From Anaerolineales bacterium (lineage in GTDB: Bacteria; Chloroflexota; Anaerolineae; Anaerolineales; RBG-16-64-43), in NCBI GenBank assembly GCA_035288225.1, contig DATEAT010000007.1, forward strand, positions 4,828 to 68,827: 64,000 nucleotides of DNA, read 5' to 3'. The position numbers and the translations under genes are program-made. Shown in pieces: positions 29,279-36,343 of this stretch. The notes beneath the pieces were generated by a model. The model worked only from the letters and a program-made list of their open reading frames with translations. It did not search any database and was not told where the DNA came from. Each line of letters starts with the position of its first letter. Positions within the stretch are counted from its first letter, which is position 1.

Positions 29279-31393
29279 ATGAACCTCATCCGGCGCCGCC
29301 TGCTGATGTGCAGCCTCCTCGCGGCGGGCTTCTTGCTTCCGCCGGCGCTGCCGTCCCCTGCCGCCGACAAGCGCGAGATGCGCTCTGACCTGATATGGGA
29401 GTGGGCGACGGGATCGATCAAGACCAGGTTGCCGGAACGCTCGATCGAAGTCACCGATCTGGATGGGGATGGCGCCACCGACATGGTTGTGTGCCAGCAG
29501 GGTTACGTCACCAATTTGAACTTTGTCCCTCCCGCGGCCTATGCACCTGCCTGGTTCAGTGTTTACATGCGATGCACCGCGATCGCTACCGGCGACCGGA
29601 ATGGGGACGGCGCACGGGAGATCTACGCCCTGGTAGACCCCGGACGTGTCGTCATCCTGGATGCGAGCGGCCGCGCCGAACTGGGCGCATTCGACCTGCC
29701 CGCCGGCGTCGTCTCATATGATCTCGCCGTTGCCGATGTCGACGGTGACACCCATTCGGAGATCGTGGTCTCCCTCCGCGATCGCACGCTCGTCTATGAC
29801 GCGGCAACCTTTGCGCTGGAGTGGAGCGCGATCGGCCACGGTGCCGGTTCTGCCCACAACGGCGGAGTCCTTATCGCCAACATCGATGGCGATGCTTTGC
29901 TGGAAATTGTTGTCAACGGCGATGCCGGCCACATTCTGAACGCCGCTCTCCAGACGGAGGAATTCGGCATTGCCGGCGGATTGGGAAAGGACTTCGATCT
30001 GAGCGACGTCGACTCCGACGGCATGGCGGAAATCGTGTATGGCGAGAGTACCCAACTATACATCCTGGACGCTGATACGCTTTCGGTCAAGTGGCAACGC
30101 GGCGATCTGCCGATGGCGTACAGTGTGGTCGCCGTCGACCTGGACGGCAACGGCGAAACCGAAATCGTGCATGGAGATGGGAATGTGGTCCGTGGTCTCA
30201 ACGGGGCTAACGGCGCAACCCTGTGGACCTGGGACACTCCGCGCAACGAAACCGAGGGCCTTGTTGCCGGGGACCTCGACAGTGATGGCCTGGTGGAGTT
30301 GGGATGGGCGGCTCCCAGTGTCGGCGCCCTGTACATCGGGGACTGGCAATCGCAGACCGTCGACTGGGAGAGTTGGGACTATACGGGCACCTTCCTGGCA
30401 GAGACAGGTGATGTTGATGCCGATGGGGAAGGCGAGATTCTCGTCGCCCCGCGGTCGGGGGACTTGCTGGCTTACGCCGGGTCGTCGCACGATTTGCTCT
30501 GGTCGAAGGTGGACGACCCGGGGCTTTACCACACCTCCTTTCTCGAGCTGGGCCAGGTGGATGACGACTCCGCCCTAGAGATCCTTACCGCCAACTATTC
30601 GACATTGAGCGCGTTCGATGGGGCTACGGGGATGCGCGAGTGGGCGTATCACGTCTTCTCCTCGTCCGACCCCGCAGGGCTCGCTGTCGCCAATCTGGAT
30701 TCCGATCCGCAAGACGAGATCGTCATCGGCACCACGGCTGGCCACGTGCTTGTTCTGGACTCGGATGGAAGCACGGTATTGTGGGACAGCGGCGCCCAGC
30801 CTGGTTCGATCATTGATTTCTCCCTGGGCGACCTGAATGGTGACGGGGTCCTGGACCTGGCCGTCCTGACCGCTCAGGTCCTACGAGTGTTCACGACGGA
30901 CACATGGGAGCTGACCCAGGATGTTCCCTTCACGGATGGCGTTGCCATTGCCGTCGCCAACGGTGACGGGCGCAATGCGGGCGAACTGATCACCGCACGC
31001 TACGCCGGCTCCTACCTGCACACCCTCCAGGCCTGGAATGGCATCGACCTTCAACCCATCTGGCAGGAGTCACTATCCGTTGGCAGCGTTGAAGAGATCG
31101 ATGTCGCGGACCTGGATTCGGACGGCGTGCAGGAATTTCTCGTCATGGGCGTCTTTCGATACGACGTGATCGCGCATCCGAGCAGCTACCTGCGCATCGG
31201 CGCGCTGTATCACGACCCGGTGTGGGAGTATCAACTTCCCGACAATTGGGAGACGGTGTACGGAAGTGCGGCCTTCGACCTCGATAACGACTCGCGTCTG
31301 GAGCTTGTCCTGGGCGCCCATGCCACAGTCCAGGTGTATGAGGTCACGGGCTGGCCGGTGTATTACCTGTTTACTCCATTCGTGACACGCTGA
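29279..31393 (+). CDS. Secreted FG-GAP/VCBS-type repeat protein (14 blades), paralog lacking the C-terminal domain
   Basis: Signal peptide. 14 DxDxDG-type loops in the same blade order as the upstream gene (for example blade 4 ANIDGD and blade 10 ANLDSDP). Confidence 0.7.
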   Translation: MNLIRRRLLMCSLLAAGFLLPPALPSPAADKREMRSDLIWEWATGSIKTRLPERSIEVTDLDGDGATDMVVCQQGYVTNLNFVPPAAYAPAWFSVYMRCTAIATGDRNGDGAREIYALVDPGRVVILDASGRAELGAFDLPAGVVSYDLAVADVDGDTHSEIVVSLRDRTLVYDAATFALEWSAIGHGAGSAHNGGVLIANIDGDALLEIVVNGDAGHILNAALQTEEFGIAGGLGKDFDLSDVDSDGMAEIVYGESTQLYILDADTLSVKWQRGDLPMAYSVVAVDLDGNGETEIVHGDGNVVRGLNGANGATLWTWDTPRNETEGLVAGDLDSDGLVELGWAAPSVGALYIGDWQSQTVDWESWDYTGTFLAETGDVDADGEGEILVAPRSGDLLAYAGSSHDLLWSKVDDPGLYHTSFLELGQVDDDSALEILTANYSTLSAFDGATGMREWAYHVFSSSDPAGLAVANLDSDPQDEIVIGTTAGHVLVLDSDGSTVLWDSGAQPGSIIDFSLGDLNGDGVLDLAVLTAQVLRVFTTDTWELTQDVPFTDGVAIAVANGDGRNAGELITARYAGSYLHTLQAWNGIDLQPIWQESLSVGSVEEIDVADLDSDGVQEFLVMGVFRYDVIAHPSSYLRIGALYHDPVWEYQLPDNWETVYGSAAFDLDNDSRLELVLGAHATVQVYEVTGWPVYYLFTPFVTR

Positions 31394-31545
31394 CAACACG
31401 TGTAGCGCCTTAGAGCATACTTGAGTCTCAATCCATGCACCCTCGGTTCGCGGGCCAGCCGACGCGGCGTCCCGCGCGGGATGCATTCCCCTTACAATAG
31501 ATCCACCATCATCCGCAGGCGATCACAGCACTCGGAGGGTCCGTG

Positions 31546-33156
31546 ATGACATATGCCTGGTGGCAGGAAGGCGTCATCTACCAGATCTACCCACGCTCGT
31601 TCGCCGACGACGACGGCGACGGCGTGGGCGACCTGCGCGGGATCATCGCCCATTTGGATCACCTCAACGACGGCACCCCCAACTCCCTGGGCGTGGACGC
31701 GATCTGGCTCTCGCCGGTCTATCCCTCGCCGGGCTACGACTTCGGCTACGACGTGGCCGACTACTGTGACATCGCCCCGCTCTTCGGCACGCTCGCCGAC
31801 TTCAACCGCCTGATCGCCGAGGCCCACCGCCGCGGTATGCGCGTTCTCATGGACATGGTGGTCAATCACACCTCGCACCAGCATCCGTGGTTCGTTGAAT
31901 CGCGCGCCGCGCGCGAGAATCCCAAGCGGGATTGGTACATCTGGCGCGATGCACGCGCCGGCGGCGGCAGACCCAACAAGTGGGAATCGGTTTTCGGGGG
32001 ACGCGCCTGGGAGTGGGATGAGGCGACCCAGCAGTACTACTACCACATGTTCCTCAAGGAACAGCCGGATCTCAACTGGCGTAATCCCGACGTGCGCCGT
32101 GCGGTGATGCAGGTCTTCCGCTTCTGGCTGGAGCGTGGGGTGGATGGCTTCCGCCTGGACGTGGTCAACGCTTATTTCAAGGACGCCGACCTGCGCGACA
32201 ACCCGTCCAAGCTCGGCATCCGCGGCTACGATCGCCAGGCGCATGTCTATGATATGGACCGCCCCGAGCTGATTGGGGTCTACCGCGAGCTGAACACGCT
32301 GCTCGCCGAGTACGGCGAGCGCATGGCGGTGGGCGAGATCATGGAGGCCACGCACGCGAAGGTCGCGCGCTACAGCGGGCCGGGGCGGCTGCCGCTCGCA
32401 TTCAACTTCGAGTTCACGCGCCAGCCGTGGCAGGCGCGAGCGTTTGCGCGAGCGGTTGCCCGCTGCGAGGCCTCCCTGGGCGAAGCGGGCTGGCCCTGCT
32501 ACGTGCTCTCCAACCACGATGTGCCGCGCCACGCCTCGCGCTACGGCGGGCGCTTCGCGGTCGAGCGGGCCAAGGTGGCGGCGGCGATGCTGCTCACGCT
32601 GCGCGGTACACCCTTCCTTTATTACGGCGAGGAGATCGGCATGCGCGACGGCCGCATCCCGCGCGCGCAGATCCAGGACCCGCCGGGGAAGCACTACTGG
32701 CCTCTGTACGGCGGTCGCGACCCCGAGCGCACGCCGATGCCGTGGAGCGCGGAAGAAGGCGCCGGCTTCAGCCGCGGCCGGCCGTGGCTGCCGATCAACC
32801 GGGACTATCGCGAGGTGAACGTTGCGGCGCAGCGCGATGATCCGCACTCGGTGTTCTCGTTCTACCGACAGCTGATCTGGCTGCGCAAGGCGAGCGTGGC
32901 GCTGCGCCAGGGGAGTTACCGCCCGCTCATTCAAGCGCCGCGGCACGCGCAGGCTTACCTGCGCGATGCGCCAGGCCAGCGGATGCTGGTGGCGCTCAAC
33001 TTCTCCGCCCAACCGCTGGTGGCCCCGTTCAACGAGCCGCTGCCGCGTGCGGCCTGGCGCCTGCGCCTCAGCACGCACGCCGCGGCGCATGAGCCCATGC
33101 AGGGCGGTAGCATACATCTGCGGCCATACGAGGCGTGCATCTTCGAGGCCGAGTAA
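31546..33156 (+). CDS. GH13 alpha-glucosidase / oligo-1,6-glucosidase-like
   Basis: WWQEGVIYQIYPRSF.DDDGDGVGDLRGI, GVDAIWLSPVY, DMVVNHTS, GFRLDVVN, GEIME and SNHD conserved regions. Confidence 0.85.
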   Translation: MTYAWWQEGVIYQIYPRSFADDDGDGVGDLRGIIAHLDHLNDGTPNSLGVDAIWLSPVYPSPGYDFGYDVADYCDIAPLFGTLADFNRLIAEAHRRGMRVLMDMVVNHTSHQHPWFVESRAARENPKRDWYIWRDARAGGGRPNKWESVFGGRAWEWDEATQQYYYHMFLKEQPDLNWRNPDVRRAVMQVFRFWLERGVDGFRLDVVNAYFKDADLRDNPSKLGIRGYDRQAHVYDMDRPELIGVYRELNTLLAEYGERMAVGEIMEATHAKVARYSGPGRLPLAFNFEFTRQPWQARAFARAVARCEASLGEAGWPCYVLSNHDVPRHASRYGGRFAVERAKVAAAMLLTLRGTPFLYYGEEIGMRDGRIPRAQIQDPPGKHYWPLYGGRDPERTPMPWSAEEGAGFSRGRPWLPINRDYREVNVAAQRDDPHSVFSFYRQLIWLRKASVALRQGSYRPLIQAPRHAQAYLRDAPGQRMLVALNFSAQPLVAPFNEPLPRAAWRLRLSTHAAAHEPMQGGSIHLRPYEACIFEAE

Positions 33157-33181
33157 CCCGCGACGCTGCGTGCATGAATAG

Positions 33182-33216
33182 AAGCGCCGGCCCACCATAT
33201 GGTGGGCCGGCGCTTT
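33182..33216. terminator. Bidirectional terminator hairpin (13-bp perfect stem GCGCCGGCCCACC / GGTGGGCCGGCGC, loop ATAT, flanked by AA / TTT)
   Basis: Read directly. Lies between convergent genes. Confidence 0.65.
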
Positions 33217-33237
33217 GCCTGCGGGCCGCAGTGCGCG

Positions 33238-33477
33238 CTAGAACAGCCCGCGAAGCAAGAGCAAGAAGCCGACAATGATTAGCGGGATCCCGATGATCGC
33301 GCCCACCACGGTGATCGTGAGCACCACGCCCACCACCATCAGCACGAAGCCGAGAATCACCGCCACCAGCCGCCCGGTGAATCCTAGGATCCACGTGAGC
33401 AACTGCCAGATGGCCCAGAACGGCCACAGATACCACGCCACACGCTTGCTGCTCGTCATCCTTGCCTCCTTACCCAT
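33238..33477 (-). CDS. Small two-TM membrane protein, unknown function
   Basis: ORF track 79 aa, strongly hydrophobic. Downstream of the PspC-domain gene on the same strand. Confidence 0.45.
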   Translation of the reverse strand: MGKEARMTSSKRVAWYLWPFWAIWQLLTWILGFTGRLVAVILGFVLMVVGVVLTITVVGAIIGIPLIIVGFLLLLRGLF

Positions 33478-33504
33478 CGCCTCACACGGATCCGGCGCTG
33501 TGGG

Positions 33505-33702
33505 TCACGCGCCAGGAATGATGATCCAGCACAAGAGGTACATGGCCAAACCGGGCACGCCGCCTGGGATGCAGGCCACGAGGAACCCCAAGCGGAACCA
33601 GGTTGGGCTGATTCCGAAGAATTCACCCAGGCCGCCGCACACGCCTGCCAGCACCCGGCTGGAGGGTGAACGACGCAGCGGCGCGCGGGTTGTCTCATTC
33701 AT
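33505..33702 (-). CDS. PspC-domain protein
   Basis: LRRSPSSRVLAGVCGGLGEFFGISPTWFRLGFLV plus a TM helix. Start set at the internal ATG 33702 (MNETT..). Confidence 0.7.
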   Translation of the reverse strand: MNETTRAPLRRSPSSRVLAGVCGGLGEFFGISPTWFRLGFLVACIPGGVPGLAMYLLCWIIIPGA

Positions 33703-33893
33703 TCTAGCCTCCGTCGATACATGTTCGTTCAAACTGGATATACGCACGTCCGCGGTGGCAGTTGCCGGTTTCGTTGCGGGTTTGGCTGGGGTCCGGCCGG
33801 GATGGGGAGGCTACGGCCGCTTGACACGCCAATAATGGCTGTAGACGCCTCCCAGGGGTGGCTGGAGGGCTTTGATGTGCCCAAGACTGGGGC

Positions 33894-33911
33894 TTGCGTA
33901 ATCTTTCACAA
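33894..33911. promoter_or_regulatory. Rex-like operator TTGCGTAATCTTTCACAA
   Basis: 12 of 14 specified positions match TTGTGAA-N4-TTCACAA, and the right half is perfect. It ends 3 nt upstream of the TG of the putative extended -10 element (33915-33923). Confidence 0.4.
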
Positions 33912-33914
33912 CTA

Positions 33915-33923
33915 TGCTATAGT
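33915..33923 (+). promoter_or_regulatory. Extended -10 promoter element TGCTATAGT (with TTGCGT 18 nt upstream)
   Basis: Only sigma-70-like signal I see in the 600-nt gap upstream of hdrA. It implies a leader of about 375 nt. Confidence 0.35.
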
Positions 33924-34306
33924 CTTCACTATCGGGAGAGGAACCTGACAATTTCGCACCACGGCGCTCGCTCCTGACTCTCTCGGAACTTACGTGGTTG
34001 TCATTGAGCCTTTTGGGGAGGGCTCACCGCCGCAGTTCCCAGTTGCGATGGACGGGGTTTCATGGCCCGAATTGGCGTGAACCCATGCCGCCGAACGCGC
34101 GGGCATCCGGGTGGCTCCCAGCCACCCCAGGTCAACTGTTGCCTGCCTCTGAATCCTCCCGTCTCCATCCGATTTCCAGCGAACGCCTCCCACGCGTCTG
34201 GCTCGGCCATCCCCTTTGAGCGTGTTGGCCCGCCGGCGCGCCATTCGATCCCGCCCGCTGCCCGTGGCGGGCCTTCGCCAACACCGCGCACAAGGAGGAG
34301 CACCGC

Positions 34307-36343
34307 ATGAGTGCCAACCGTAGCGCAGGCATCTCGCCGGGCGAGTACTCGGCCGCGCCTCCAGGCGAGAAGATCGGCGTGTACATCTGCCACTGCGGCA
34401 CCAACATCGCCGCCATGGTGGATGTTGCCGAGGTGGCCGAGTACGCCGGGGCGCTGCAGGGAGTGGCCGTCGCGCGCCACTACACCTACATGTGCTCCGA
34501 CCCGGGCCAAGCGATGATCCAGGAGGATATTCGCTCGCTCGGCTTGGACCGGGTGGTGGTGGCCTCCTGCTCGCCGCTCATGCACGAGCCCACCTTCCGT
34601 GCGGCGTGCGCCCAGGCCGGTCTCAACCCGTTTCTCTTCCAGATGACAAACATCCGCGAGCACGTCTCGTGGGTGAGCGACGACCGCAGCAGCGCAACGC
34701 AGAAGGCGCTGGCGTTGGTGACGGCAGCCGTGCGCCGGGTGTCATTGCAGCAGCCGCTCGAGACCCGCCAACTGGGAGTCACCCAGTCGGCGCTGGTGGT
34801 GGGCGGCGGTATTGCCGGCATCGAGGCCGCGCTACGCCTGGCCGATGCCGGCAAGCGAGTGTATCTGGTAGAGCGTGAGCCGTCGATCGGCGGGCACATG
34901 GCCCAACTCTACAAGACCTTTCCCACTCTCGACTGTGCGGCCTGAATTCTCACCCCCAAGATGGTGTCCGTGGGACGCCATGAGAACATCACACTCCTCA
35001 GCTACAGCGAGGTGGAAGCTGTATCCGGTTTCGTGGGGTCCTTCCAGGTGCGCGTGCGCCGCAAGGCGCGCCATGTGAAAGAAGATTTGTGCACCGGCTG
35101 CGGCACCTGCGTGCAGAAGTGTCCCTGGCGCAAGATCCCCTCCGAGTTCGACCTGGGCCTGGGCACCCGCCCGGCGATCTACTTCCCCTTCGGCCAGGCC
35201 GTGCCGCGCGTGCCGGTCATCGACACCGAGCACTGTGCCTACTTCGCCAAGGGCACCTGCCGCGCCTGCGCCAAATTTTGCCCGCGTGAAGCCATCGACT
35301 TCGAACAGACCGACCAGCAGCTCGAGCTCGAGGTCGGCACGATCATCCTGGCCACCGGCTTCCAGAACTACGACCCGCGCCGCGACTCGCGCTTCGGGTA
35401 CGGGGAACTGCCGGACGTGGTCACCGGGCCGGAGTTCGAACGGCTGGTGAATTCGGGCGGGCCCACATTGGGGCAGGTGCTGCGCGCCGACGGCACCCCA
35501 CCCAAGAAGGTGGCCCTCATCCATTGTGTGGGCAGCCGCGGCGAGGCACACGAATACTGCTCGCGCGTGTGCTGCATGTATTCGCTCAAGCTGGCGCACC
35601 TCGTCCACGATGCGACCGGGGCCGAGGTGACCGAGTTCTACCGCGACATGCGCACCTTCGGCAAGGACTACGAATCGTTCTACCGCCGAGTGGTTGCGGA
35701 GGGCATCCATACCTTCCGCTATGAGGGTGATGTGCAGGTGACCCAGGCCGATGGCCACTTGCGGGTGACCGCCACCGATGTGTTCACGGGAAAGCCGGCC
35801 GAGATCGAAAGTGACATGGTGATCCTGGCCACCGGCCTGGAGCCGCAGGCCGATCAACGGCAGGTGGCCCGCCGTTTCGGAGTGAGCCTCAGCCCGGACG
35901 GTTTCTTCATGGAGCGCCACCCCAAACTGGCGCCGGTGGAAACGGCCAGCGACGGCATCTTCCTGGCCGGCACCTGCCAGGGGCCCAAGGATATCCCCGA
36001 CAGCGTTGCCCAGGGGGGCGCCGCGGCGGCGGCCGCGCTCTCGCTGATGGATGCGGGCTACGTCTATCTCGAGCCCTTCACGGTGCACGTGCTGTCCGAG
36101 CGCTGCAGCGGCTGCCGCACCTGTCAGAACCTGTGCCCCTTCAGCGCGATCCAGATGACCGAGCACGACGGACGAACGGTCTCCACGATCAACGAAGTGC
36201 TGTGCAAGGGCTGCGGCACGTGCGCCGCCGCCTGCCCGGCCGGCGCCATATACCAGAACAACTTCTCCAACGATCAGGTCATCGCCGAAATCCTCGGGGC
36301 GCTGTCGATCGACCGCGCCGTTCCTCAGGAGGCCTTCCCATGA
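34307..36343 (+). CDS. hdrA: HdrA-like flavoprotein (heterodisulfide reductase subunit A family), selenocysteine-containing (TGA 34943-34945 read as Sec)
   Basis: ORFs 34307..34945 and 34961..36343 are in the same frame, separated only by TGA. Joined sequence: ..YKTFPTLDCAA-U-ILTPKMVSVGR... Other HdrA hallmarks: VYICHCGTNIA, GGGIAGIEAAL, CTGCGTC, CVGSRGEAHEYCSRVCCMYSLK, FLAGTCQGPKDIP, and a C-terminal 2x[4Fe-4S] ferredoxin. ATG follows AAGGAGGAG. Confidence 0.8.
34961..34981 (+). other. Putative bacterial SECIS-like hairpin (AUGGUGUCC gug GGACGCCAU)
   Basis: 9-bp stem including one G-U pair, starting 15 nt after the UGA. An equivalent hairpin follows the second UGA. Confidence 0.4.

Noticed and set aside
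26380-31393. Periodic GAYNNNGAYGGNGAY strings suggested a DNA tandem repeat or CRISPR-like array.
   Set aside because: The periodicity is irregular (about 135-200 nt). Conservation is only at the protein level (DxDxDG loops of FG-GAP blades), inside two continuous ORFs with signal peptides.
33750-34306. Possible selC (tRNA-Sec) or another tRNA in the large gap upstream of hdrA, and in the gaps at 17013-17414 and 48310-48608.
   Set aside because: I could not find an acceptor/T-arm arrangement or a CUUCAAA-type anticodon loop on either strand. A tRNAscan/Infernal run would be needed to be certain.
36133-36339. N-terminal extensions offered by the ORF track: 36133 for the chimera, 40063 / 40974 / 41990 for the FeS and flavoprotein genes, 39701 for mvhD, 16413 for def, 11094 for lexA, 21167 for dnaG, 4386 for the fumarase alpha subunit, 26233 for the FG-GAP protein.
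   Set aside because: The extensions overlap the preceding gene in another frame and translate to Arg/Pro/Gly-rich junk. In each case they are followed by an internal ATG/GTG with a Shine-Dalgarno sequence or an ATGA-type coupling junction, where the family-typical N-terminus begins.
34307-36343. Reading 34307..34945 and 34961..36343 (and likewise 36340..36933 and 36949..39762) as separate genes or as nonsense-disrupted pseudogenes.
   Set aside because: Both pieces are in the same frame. The TGA sits exactly at the second Cys of the conserved HdrA CxxC motif in both paralogs. The downstream pieces lack their own RBS. selA is also in the window. Selenocysteine recoding is the simpler explanation.
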